Positions 38,269-50,400 of a stretch of 64,000 nt of DNA are shown in pieces. Source of the DNA: Sminthopsis crassicaudata (lineage: Eukaryota); the NCBI RefSeq assembly GCF_048593235.1, contig NC_133622.1, positions 249,802,055-249,866,054 on the forward strand, read 5' to 3'. The notes beneath the pieces were generated by a model, which made no database searches, was not told where the DNA came from, and saw nothing but the letters and a program-made list of their open reading frames with translations. Made by a program: the position numbers and the translations under genes. Each line of letters starts with the position of its first letter. Position 1 is the first letter of the stretch.

Positions 38269-41200
38269 ATGGCTGGGGGCGTGGGGCCCAGGCTCAGGGA
38301 CTTCCTGAGTGGGAGCCTGGCCACCTGGGTGAGGTAGACGGGAGGGGAGAGGACTAAGAGGGGGGAGGCTGGAGGGGATGTGGGCCGAGGTAAGGGAGGA
38401 AAGTCCCAGGGAAGTGAGGGCATCAGGAGAAGGGAGATCCAGGCAGTTCATGGCACTGGTCAGGCTGGCCAGCTGTGGGATGGTGGAGGAGGGTCCAACT
38501 GAGTCCAATCTTCTCCCCCGCAGGTGCAGGGCCTGGCAGGGCTGGTTGGGGAGGGGCAGCAGGAGGAAGATGGGGAGGAGGAAGTTGAAATGCCCCTGGC
38601 TCCCGAGGATCGGTTCCTGAGGCTCAGTGACGGCGCTCTGCTGCACCGGGTCATGGGGCTCATGTAAGGGGGTGCGGGGGAAACTCCAGCCTGGGGGCAG
38701 ATCTTGTATGTGGGGGGAGATCTGGAGGCCATGGGGAGGAAAGGGCCAGGGCGGGTGGAGCAGGAAATAGGCCGTCCCTGCCTCTGTGTGATGTCTGCCC
38801 CCCTCCCCACAGAGCCCCCAGCTCCCGAGGGAGTCTCCACCTGGGAGGACTTCAGGGGGGCCCCGGGGCCCGCCGGGTGAGGCGCCTGAGCCACCTGCAG
38901 GCTCGGCTGAGAGATTTCTACCAGGTGAGAGGCGGGGGCAGGCGAAGTGGTCACCCCTGACCCCCTTCATAGGGAAACAGGGCTCAATGAGGCGTTGGGG
39001 GACTGAGCTTCAGGCCTGGCCGGGTGAGCTCAGGCCGCTCTCAGCCCTTCCTGGGTCCTGTCCCCCGACCGGGTGGCGGGTCTGGGGGTACCGGGGATCC
39101 CCTCTGGATCCAGAGCCGCTTTTAACCCTCTCTCCCCTCAGGAAGAACTGCAGCTGTTGATCCTGGCGCCGCCCCCAGACCTCCAGATGCTGGGCTTGGA
39201 GCCGCTCTCAGGTACCGCTGCCCCCTGCCCCCTCCCCACTAGCACCTGCCCCATGCTCCCTGCTGACTTCTTGTTATCTGGGTGCCTGCAGAGGAAGCCA
39301 TAGAGGAGCTGGAGGGGATCCTAAAGTTGATGCTAGGGGCGTCTGTGCAGGTGAGAGAGGAAGGTGGGGGGCCTGGGGACCCAAGTGAGGGACTGGGGGA
39401 GGGGAGGATGGGGGAGTCTGGGGGACTCCAAGGGATAAGAAGTGGGAGAAGTGGGGGCCTCTCTGCAGGGCGGATTGGCTGAGGACCCACGCACGGGATC
39501 CCTCCCCCTCTTCTCACAGTGTGAGCACCGGGAGCTCTTCATCCGGCACATCCAAGGCCTCAGCCTGGCGGTGCAGAGCGAGCTGGCAGCTGCCATCCAG
39601 GAGGTAGGCCGGCTCCTGGCCTGTCCCTCTGCTCCTCCACCCCCCCCTTCCCCCCAGCATCCGAGGCTGGACAGAGCCTAGAGTCATCTTGCCTGCCCCT
39701 TCTTTTCTATTTGGGGATACTGAGGCCCAGAGGTGGGAAGGCCCCGGGGCAGGGAGCTGGGGAGAGAGACCCTGGAACTCAGGCTTTCTGACTATTGCCC
39801 AACGAGCTCGTGTCTCTCCCGCCCCCACTGTCTCCCAAATGCCACGTGCCAGGCCCCAAACCAGGGGTTGTCTCCCAGGAGCTTCCATTCTCTTGGGGGG
39901 GGGAGTCTTAGCATGTCCACAGGGGGGAGGGGGTCCCTGGGCCTAAGGTCTGAGGGGGCTATAGGAAGAGAGCAGGGTTTGGGGTCCGAGGGCCCGGGTT
40001 CAAATCCTCGCTTGGCAGCTGGTTCCCGTGTGGTCTTGGGTGACTGAGCCTCTGCATGCCTCCATTTCCGTGTAGTCAGAGGCCGCTTCAGTGCCCTTCT
40101 CCCACTACAATGGAGGCTCTAAATCATTTCTTCATGTGTATGGGAGGGGTTGAGCCTTCTGGCTTCTGAGGCCTTGTCTCAGGATGCTGAGGAGACAGAA
40201 GAATCTCGGCTGGAGAACAGGGAGGGCTTCCTGGAGGAGGGGGCATGAGGGGGCACAGTCTGGGCTCCCTGTCCCCAGCTGCAGGGGCGGGAGTTCTTGG
40301 GCTAGCCCCAAGCTGGCTCTCCTCCGTCCCCAGGTGAGCCAGCCGGGCGCAGGCGTGGTACTGGCCCTGGCAGGGCCCGAGCCGGGGGAGCTGGCGGGCC
40401 CGGAGCTTGAGCTGCTGCTCCGGAGCCACGTGGAGGCCTTGGTGAAGCTGGCAAGGGAGCGGGACCGGGCCGCCCAGGTCCGAAGCACAGGCCAGGATGG
40501 GTCGGGCATGGGCAAGGGTGGGCAAATGGGGGGCGCTGGGGCCACTGAGGGAGGGGCTGCAGCAATCATCATAACTAGTTATTTGGGGCATTGGGGGGCA
40601 GAGGGAGTGGTCTTGGGTCTGAGGGAGATGGGGGAAGGGGGAGCAGTCTGCGCTGATTGGGGGTTGCGGGGAGGAAGAAGCCCGTGGGGACTCCCGACTC
40701 ACAGGGCGCCTCCTCCACCCTCTCAGCGCCTGGCAGAGACGCTCCAGGATCAAGAGCTGCTCTCCCTGCAGCCAGAGACCCCCCAGAGGGGCCCTCACGA
40801 GGGGCCCCACCACCACCTGACTCTGCAGCTGGCAGATGCCAAGGCCCAGCTCAGGAGGCTGAGGCAGGAGCTGTGAGTGACCATGTGGGAGCACGAGGGA
40901 GAGGAGCTGGAGCTGGTGGGGGGTGGGGGTGGCTGAAGGGGAGGGGTCCGAGCTGGGGGATGGGTGGAGTTAGTGAGGTTGGGGCTGAGTTCTCAGGGGT
41001 CTCCCAGGACCATAGTATCTCCTCACAGCCTCCATCCCCCTTTCTCCAGGGAAGAGAAGGCTGAGGAGTTGTTGGACTCCCAGGGAGAGGTGCAGGGGCT
41101 GGAGGCTGAGATTCGGAGGCTGCGGCAGGAGGTAGGGCCCCCCTTGCTGCTGCCTCTGAGGCATCACCCTGCCCAGGGTCACCCTGTTCTGCTTCTCCCT

Positions 41201-44200
41201 GCGAGCCCGCTCCATCCCTGCCCCTGGCTTCCCTGCGGGACTTCCAGGCTCCCTGCGCTGCCCCGGGCCCAGGCTCCTCCTCGCTCTGCAGGCGCAGGTG
41301 CTGTCGGGCCAGGCCAGGAGAGCCACTGTGTACCGAGAGGAGGCAGAGACGCTCCGGGAGCGGGCCGGGCGCCTGCCCCGGCTGCAGGAGGAGCTGCGGA
41401 GGTGCCGGGAGAGGCTCCACGCGGCCGAGGCTTACAAGGGCCAGCTGGAGGTGAGAGGGAGGGGCTGGTCATTAAGTCCAGGGGGAGTCCTTCATTTGAC
41501 AGATGGGGAAACTGAGGCCCAGAGAAGTGAATTGTTTGAGGGCACGTGGCTGACTTAGCAAATTGGCCTGCCTTTCTCAGGTGTCCCATTCCAGCTAAGG
41601 GGCAGCAGGGGGAGTAGGCCAGAAAGCCGTGGGTCCCACTCCTGGCTCATGCTAGCTGGGGGGGGGAGCGACCTCAGGAGCAGACCCCAATCACGTCATG
41701 TACGGCAGATGTCTGCACATGTTCCCCACTACTAAGTGGGAGCCCCTTTATTATGTGTGGGGATCTGCCGTGGGCCGTGCTGGCTGGTGGAAAGAACACA
41801 AGAGCTGAAGCCAGAGGAGCGAGTGGTCATCTGACTCTGCTGCTGAGAACCTGGCACAAGCCTTCTCCTCTCGGGGCCTCAGTTTCCCCTTCTGCACAGT
41901 CAAGGGCTCATAGTAGCTGATCTCCAGGAGCAGGCCCTTTCCCGATCCGCTTCTTCCTCCCCAGGAGGAGCGGGCCCTGTCGGGAGCACTGGAAGCTGCC
42001 CGGGCGTTGCTGGAGGGGCAGCTGGACGCCGCCCGGGAACGCTGCTCTCGTCTCCATGAGACCCAGAGGGAGAACCTCTTGCTGCGGGCCCGGCTTGGGG
42101 AGGCCCAAGTGGTGAGGGCAAGGTGACCCCGACCCCAGGTGGCTTCCCCATGGAGTGGCTCCTTTCTCTGTGACCCTTGACCCCTGACCCTTGGCCCAGA
42201 CAGACACCAATGGCCTTCTGGGAGCCATATGTGTGTGGAGGCAAGGAATTCTTTCTCTCTTGGGCATCCCCAGGAGTTGGAATCCACCCGACAACAGCTG
42301 GACAAGCTGGTGGAGGAGAATGTGGAGCTGGAGGCGGAGCTGAGTCGGACCTTGCAGCCCCCCGGCCCCTGCTCTCCTGGGGATGGTGAGAGGGGTCTCC
42401 AGAGGCTCCAGGAGTGGGTGGGGAGCAGCTGTTCAGCCTAGTGGGAAGATCCAGGGGGATCTGGAATCAGAGGATCATTTGCTTCCCTATCTCCTTCTAC
42501 CTGTACACCTCTGAGCAACTCACTTACCCCCTCCTGGCCTCAGTTTCCCCTATTGGAAGGTTTGGTCTTAGCTTCTTAAATTTTTCTACTCATACTCCTT
42601 TTTGCCTGAGAAAATTTTACATGACCCTGGGTGTGTAGGTATATGAAATGGGCATCCACATCAAATATTTACCGATAATAAAGCGTGATTTTGCGACCCT
42701 CACATTCAGTCTGGGACCCCCTATGGGTTAGGGAAGCAGTTGCAGAAGCCGGGGTCTAGAAGAGCCTCTCCCAGCCAGAGCTCCTGGGCAAGCAGCAAGA
42801 ACCCCAATCGACTTTGTGACTTATGATGTGGAAAAAAAAAATCACACCAGCAGTAGTTGGGACAGTTTCGGTCCAGTGGGAGGAGAGATCAGTGACTATA
42901 GTGACTCATGGGTTACCATAGTGCTTCACAGTTGCCTATTATNNNNNNNNNNNNNNNNNNNNNNNNNNNNNNNNNNNNNNNNNNNNNNNNNNNNNNNNNN
43001 NNNNNNNNNNNNNNNNNNNNNNNNNNNNNNNNNNNNNNNNNNNNNNNNNNNNNNNNNNNNNNNNNNNNNNNNNNNNNNGGTCACATTTGAACTCAGGTCC
43101 TCCTGACTTCAGGGCTGGTGCTCTGTCCACTGCGCCCCCTAGCTGCCCCCTGTTTTCTGTTTTCACTAATTATTCTTGCTAAGCTGCAGATTCACTAGTT
43201 GCCAAGTTCATTTGTTTCTGCACAGTTGTTGTTGCTCTGTCAACAAAAACTTATTAATTTAAGTGTCGGGCACTGGGTTAAAGTTATAGGAGGTCATGGG
43301 TTCCATTTTTGCCTAGAACAGGACTTTGGTGCCTTTCCTAGTCCGACTCTGCCTCTAAATCCGCACCTCCCTTTTCTGGGCTTTAGCCAAAGCCGTAAAG
43401 ACGGGCAGACATTGAGTTCCGGGCAGGGCTCAGCCTTCCTTGAGCGACCTCCAACGTCTCTGTGCCCGTTTGGCTGGGAGGGCTGGAGCTGTGGGCAGAG
43501 GGAGGCAAGCTGCCTCTGGGGAGTGGGGCTCCGCATCTCTCAGCAGGTCCTGATGTTGCCCCCTTCTTCTCCCTCTTGTAGCGCCCCAGCCTTTCTGGGC
43601 GCCCTCCTTGCAGGATGAAGTGAGAGCAGTAGAGGCAGGGTGCCTGCGGAGCTTGGAGCAGGAGAACCGGGACCTGCGAGCTCAGCTTCAGGAGCTGAAG
43701 GCAAGGAGATGGAGCCAGGTACATTAGCGATACCCGGCCCAGTTCCCCAAACCCCTTGGCCCCGTTTCCTGAACTTTGCCCTTCCCCTCTGGTGCCTTGC
43801 TACTTCTGAGTGTCTTTTCCAGCCTCCCTTGACTGAGGTGGAAGATGAAGAATCGGAGATCGCCAGATGGGAGGAAACCCGCCAGGTCTTGGGGCCTTCA
43901 GGCATTGGTCATGGCCATGAAAAATCTCTGCTGGTTGCAGAAGGGTCAGTGGTCCAGTGCTCCGGACCCTCACACTCAGCAGGGGCCCAGCCTAATGCTT
44001 CTGAGGAGGCAGAGAAGCCAGTCGGAGCTCAGGACCCGGAACCTTTGGCCTTGACCCCACCACACCCGGAAGGGAAGCTTGTGCAAGGGAAAAGGCTAGA
44101 AGGGGAAATGGAGGCTGCTTCCGGGGACTTGAAAAGGAGGGTCTCAAGGACCGATCATAAACCTTTGGAACCAAGGCATGAGGGGGAGCCGGGGGGCCAG

Positions 44201-47200
44201 GCTCCCAGTCAAAAGCTGGAGGTGATGGAGGGAGATGAGGAACATGGAGAAAATGAGTCCTTGGTCCACGACCAGAGACTAGAGTGTGAGCTCCAGGATG
44301 AGAAAGAGTCATTTCAAGAGGTAGGGGAAGCTGAGGCCTGGGAAAGAGAACAGCAGGCTCTGAAAGCAGAGATAGAGATTCTGAAGAGGGCTACAGAGGC
44401 TTTGGAGAAGGAACGGGAATCTTTGAAGGGAGAGGTGGAGGCTGGGGAGCAGAGACTGAAGGCCTTGAAGGGGAAACATGAAGCTCTGAGAGAAGAGCAA
44501 GAAGTCCAGGGACAGAGACTGGAGGCTCTGGAAAGGGAGCTAGAGAGTCTTCAGCAGGAGCGGGAGTCCCTTCGGGGTGAGCTGGAGGCTCAGGGGAGGA
44601 GGCTGGAGGCTCGGGGAGAGGAGGCTGCCCGACTTGGGGAGGAGCTGGCTCTGGCCAGGAGAGCTGAAGCAGAGGCACACTCTGAGGCTAAAGCTGAGGC
44701 TCAGGAACGAGATGGGCTTCGGGAAGCCCTAGAGGCTGCTGGGCGAGAGTTGGAGGCTGCTGGACGGGAGCGAGAAGCTCTGGCAGAGGCTCTAGGAGCT
44801 GCCGGGCGGGAACGAAGGCAATGGGAACGGGAGGGACCCAGGCTGCGGGCCCGGGCAGAGGTTGCTGAGCAGAAGCTGCTGGATCTGGAGAGTGAAGCAC
44901 GAGCCTTGCGGGATCAGGCTGAAAAGGAGCGGCAGGTGATGGAGGTAACGAGAGAGGTAATGGCACCGCATCAGCCACACCTCTGATCTGAGGCTGCTGG
45001 ATGCCCACTCACTCTTGTTCTTCTTTTTCTTGGGGAAAAGAACTAGTCTAATATTTGGTTTCACAGAGAAACATCTCACTTTATAGAGAAGTGGGAAGGG
45101 GAAGGGGAAAGGAAATGGGGAGACTAATAGAAGGGAAAACAGAAGTAGTAGGAGAAAGGTACAAGGAAGGGGCACTGTAAAGGAGGAGGGCTCCACAAGA
45201 CTAGCCATGTCTCCTCTCTTCCTTTACCAACCAGTGCCAGGTGGTATAGATACAAGAATGTTGGATTCAGACCTGGGCTCTATGATCAGCTCTGCCATTG
45301 ACCAACTGGTTGGCCTTGGTCATTTCCCATCAGACCTCTGTTTCCCCATCTGTACAATAGGAGACTAGAATAGTTATTTTTTCCCCTAGCTTTTTTAGTT
45401 GTAAGCCCAATTCATTGGTATTCTTTTTCTCTATTTTATTCAAGTAAGCATCTAGAGATAGAAAATTTCTAATAACCACTTTGGCTGCATCCCACAAATT
45501 TTGTTATGTCGTTTCATTATTGCCATTCTTTTGGATGAAATTATTGATTGTGTCTATGATTTGTTGTTTCATTCTTTAGGGTTAGATTATTTAGTTTCCA
45601 ATTAATTTTTAGTCTATTTATTGCATGTGATTTTTATTGTGTCATGGTCTGAAAATATGCATTTACTATCTCTGCCTTTCTGCATTTGATTCTGAGGTTT
45701 TTATGCCCTAATACACGATCAATTTTTGTTTAAGTTCCACAAACCACTGAGAAAAAGTAAACTCCTTTCTGTCTCCATTCAATTTTCTCCAAAGATCTAT
45801 CATACCTAACTTTTCTAAAATTTTATTTATCTCCTTAACTTCTTTCTTATTTATTTTGTGCTTCAATTTATCTAGTTCTGAGACAGCAAGGTTGAGATCC
45901 CCCATTAGTATAATTTTGCTTTCTATTTCTTCTTGGAGCTCTCTTAACTTCTCTAGGAATTTGGATGCTATACCACTTGGTGCATATATGTTTAGCATTG
46001 ATATTGCTTAATTATTTAAGCTACCCTTTATCAAGATATAGTTCCTTTCCTTATCTCTTTTAATTAGATCAACTTTGGCTTTTGTTTGATCTGAGATTAG
46101 GATGGCTAACCCTGCTTTTTTTTTTTTTTACTTCACCTGAAGCATAATAGATCTGTACCAGCCCTTTACTTTTACTCTGTATGTTTTGTTCTGCTTTAAA
46201 TGTGTTTCTTGTAAACAACATAATGTAGGATTCTGGCTTTTTATCCAGTCGGCTGTCCATTCTGTTTTATGGGAGAGTTCATCCCATTCACATTCATAGT
46301 TAAAATAACTAATTTTGTATTTCCTGACCTTTTATTTACCCCAAGTTATGCTTTTCTTTTTCCTTTTCCCCTTTCCTCCTCCCCAGTATTTTGCTTCTGC
46401 CCTCCTCCTTTACAGTGCCCCTTCCTTGTACCTTTCTCCTACTACTTCTGTTTTCCCTTCTATTAGTCTCCCCATTTCCTTTCCCCTTCCCCCTCCCACT
46501 TCTCTATAAAGTGAGACGTTTCTCTGTGAAACCAAATATTAGACTAGTTCTTTTTAAAGAAAATATATTTTCATTCTGAACTTAACATACTAAAAAGAAA
46601 CAAGCATTTCTAAAGGACTGAAAAAAAAGCTCCCTATCTCTTATGTCCAGCTTGTCTTTTCTTTTTAAGTATATAACACATTCAGCCTGTAGCTTTCAAA
46701 GCTGTCCTTCTAGTCTGTGCTTCCTTCTGGCCTTCCTTCAGTTCTCTTTCTTTGTATTTTAAAAAAGAAATGTTTCAATGACCTTCTTTGACCTTCTCTT
46801 TCCCTTCCTGACTCTCAGTTCTGTCCCTTCTTCTTCCTTTTCTTTTCTGTCACTTCCTCTTCCTCCCCTTCTCTTCCCATCATCTCTTCTTCCCTCCTCA
46901 ATCCACTTTTGTATATATAGCTCATGTTGTTCAGGTTTTCTCTACAGAGGGGAAATTTGCTTCTTTGTCATCTTCCTTTCCTTTTTGCCTTCTAAGTCTA
47001 AGCAGAAAAAGCTGTAGTGTTGGGGAAACAATTTGCCCAGGTTTACTCAGTTACTAAGTTGCAGAGTCTGGATTTGAATTCAGGTCTGCAGATTGTAGGG
47101 ATTCTGTAGTTGCTGTCTTCCTAGGGGTTGCAAGCAGAGGCTTGCTGGCTACTGGATGGAACTGCTAAAGAGGAGTTGTAGTCAGGGGAGGTGCTGCCCC

Positions 47201-47350
47201 AAAGCATCCCCATTCCCTGAGATCCTGGGGCTTGCCTGAGATCTGCCTATTTCATTGTGTCTGAGCCGGGACTTGAACCTGGCACCAGGTCCTGTTATTT
47301 TACTATTGCATAATAATGAAACAATAATATATACTATTAATACTACTACT

Positions 47351-47400
<50 letters not shown>

Positions 47401-50400
47401 GATACTAGAACATGGCCCCATTCCTCCCTCTTTAATTCAGTCAATTAATTGATAAACATGCATTAAGTGCTCACTGCGTGCCTGGCACTGTGCTAAGTGC
47501 TGGTAGTTTGCGTGGGCCTCAGGGTAGTGAGGTGTATAAGGCAGAGACTTCTGGCTTCATTTTATAGATAAGGAAACTCAGACTCTGAAGGTCATAGAAT
47601 GTCAGGGCCAGAATGGGCCTTGAAGGAAATCAGTTCATCACAGTCTCTCATTTAAAAGGCTCCCTGGAGATTTGATGATAAAGGTCCTACAGGGTGTGAG
47701 CTGCATCTTGAAATATCCAGTCCAAGGCTTGCCCTGGCTCCCAGCCCTCTCTGTTCCTTCACCGTCCTTCAGCCCAGCTTTCCTTCTACAGGTCTCTGGC
47801 TTCTCTTTTCCAATAAGGTCTCCTTGACTCCTTCCCCTAAGCTAAACTGAATGGAATGGTGCTTGACCAGCTTTCCCTTCCTGGTCCTAACCTCCTAGTC
47901 TCTGATCACATAGGAGCTCCAGGGGAGATCGGTCGAGAGTCAGCAGCTGAAGAGCCAGCTGGAAGAGCTGCGCTTGGAGCTAGAGCAGGTGACCCAGGAT
48001 CGGGACAAACAGCTGAGGGAGCAGGAGAAGCAGCAGGAGAGGTGGGTCTGGGCCCAGGAGGGATCTAGAGAATGGAGACAGGATGGAAGAGAGAGGCAGA
48101 AAGAGGGAAGATCAGCTCTGTGCTGGTGAAAGGGTGGCCAAGGGAAGGACATTTCAACTTGATGATGGGACAAACCACTTGAGCTGTCCCAGTGTGGAAT
48201 GGGCTGCTTTGGAGATAGCGAGTCATCCATCCCTGGAGGTGTCCATGCAGAGGCTGCACAGCTGCTCCGTGACAATGTTTGAGGGGGATTCCTGTCCAAG
48301 TTTGGTCCCTCTTGATCTGCAACACTTGAGTCGGGACTTGGGGCTTCAGGCTGGGAGGGAGATAGCAGAGGGTTTAGCCTTAGAAAGCTGGAATCGAGGT
48401 TTGGAAGTGAGCACGAGGGGGATGTGTGATGTCCTTCCTCCCCCACCCTCGGGCAGGGCACACCAAGCTCTGCAAAAGCGTCTGGAAGAAGAGACTCGCG
48501 TTGTCCTCGCTGCCAAGGATGAGGAAATGATGGCTCTAAAGGCTAGGATCCAAGGCCTGGAGGATCAGGTGAGCAGCCGTGACTCCACATTCACGGGAAT
48601 GGCAAAAGCAGCCTCCACCCCAAAGCCTCCCCTTCTCCTCCTTTGATTTTCTTCCTTATCACTGTCTAGCCCTTCATTTTTTAATTTAATTTTTAAAATT
48701 TATTTTTATATCTTTACATATTACATCAATTTCTTGACATAACACCTTCCCCTTCATGATCATGTCACAGAAACAGTTCAGCAAAGACAACTGAGACGGT
48801 GAGCTTGTCTGACAGTCTTCAGCATCCAGCCCCTCTTGCCCCCACTCTCTGCAGAGGCGAGAGAGGCTTCCGGCTGCTTTCTAGGCCCTAACAGTTTTTC
48901 AGCTGCTTCTCGGGGTACCATTTTTAGTGATCTCTTCATTTAAGTTGTTACTCATTCTTTTGGCTTTGCTTACTTCTCTCTGAATCAGTTCATAAAAATC
49001 TCATGTTTCTCAGAATCCCTCCATTTTCCTAGGCTTAAAGCTTAGGTAGCTAGGTGGCTCAGTGGATACAATGCCAGGTCTGGAGTTCAAATTCAGCTTC
49101 AGTCACTTGCTAGCTGCATGACCCTGGACAAGTCACTTTACTCTGCTTGCCTCAGTTTCCACATCTGTAAAATGAGCTGGAGAAGGGCTCTAGAATTTTT
49201 GCCATGAAAACCCCATTGCCAGTGATGAGGGGCCTGATCCATTGGTGGGCGGCCCTCTTTGTAGGGCCAATGACATTTAATGGTTAATTACGATTCCTCA
49301 TCGAGCCCATCGATCGGTTGACTGATAAGCACGTATTGTTTCTACGCGTTGGACACCGTGTTAGGTGCCGGAATCAGGTCCTGCCCTCAACTTGGCATTT
49401 TACTGTCCATACGTGTCTGTGTGACTGCCTCTGTGTACATGATGCATGTGGGTGTGCACATAGGACAGACCAGATGAGAGGACGCACTTGGAGTGAGGTG
49501 GGGCAGGGCTGAGGGGGAAGGGTTGCCCAGAGAGCTTTGAAGGGCCTAAGCATGCTGGGGTGGGGGGAGTTTAGGGGAGAGAACGCTCCGAGCTTGGGAG
49601 ACAGGGAAGGCCAATGGGACAAGACTGGGTATGGAGGAAGCTTAATTCTAGTGTGGGCAGGAGAAAGCTGGGGGCAGGTGGCAGGGAGTTTTCAAGGCCG
49701 AATCACAGGGCTTGTCAGGATTGCTGAGAAGGGACATGAGTTTTAGGTAGATCGCTTTGACAACAGAATGAAGGATGCATTGGAGAGCTGGCCTGGGAGG
49801 TAGGGTGGCTCAGTGAGAGACTACTGCCACAGAACAGGAGATGATGGGAGCCTGAGCCCAGGGGCTTGTCTAATGGGGTTCGGGATCTTGGTCTCTGGAA
49901 GGCTGCTCCCCTTTCTTCTAATGCTGACCTCATGGGCTGCTCTCCTTGGTCCCCCCCTCCTCCCTCCAGTGCTGACCCCATGGGCTGCTTTCCTTGTAGA
50001 TTCAGCACCAGGCTTCCTTGAGGCTGAAGGCAGAGGACCCCTCTGGGCCAGGGAGAGCAGCAGAGGCCCCCCCTGCAGCGGAGGTGGTCCAGGAGACCCT
50101 GAGTGGGCGGCTCATCACGGTGGAGCGCAGTGTGAGTTGGGGCCTGGCAGGGCCGTGCTGGGACAGGTGAGTTGATGAGAGCTGACCCTGCTTTTCCTCC
50201 CTGGACAGAATGCAGCCCTGGCGGCTGAGAAGGCTGCTCTGCAGGGGCAGCTGAGGCAGCTGGAGGGCCAGCTGGGGACTCTGCAGGGCCGGGTCCAGGA
50301 GCTGCAGCTTCAGAGCAGTCGGGCTCAGGAGCACAGCAGCCATCTCCAGGTGAGTCCCCAGCCCAGCCAGGGAGGACCCTTCTGCCCTCTGGGACGGTCC

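Noticed and set aside
45708-46260. Endonuclease-like ORFs as a host gene or active L1
   Set aside because: Truncated, frameshifted L1 ORF2 fragment.
44792-46579. Two near-identical hydrophobic ORFs (PSSFTVPLPCTFLLLLLFSLLLVSPFPFP) on opposite strands as a duplicated membrane peptide
   Set aside because: They are translations of the two arms of the 156-bp inverted repeat in L1-derived, pyrimidine-rich sequence.
50161-50175. Perfect CAG|GTGAGT donor inside CCDC88B intron 17
   Set aside because: Its use would leave a 42-nt intron (too short) and shift the frame by 35 nt.
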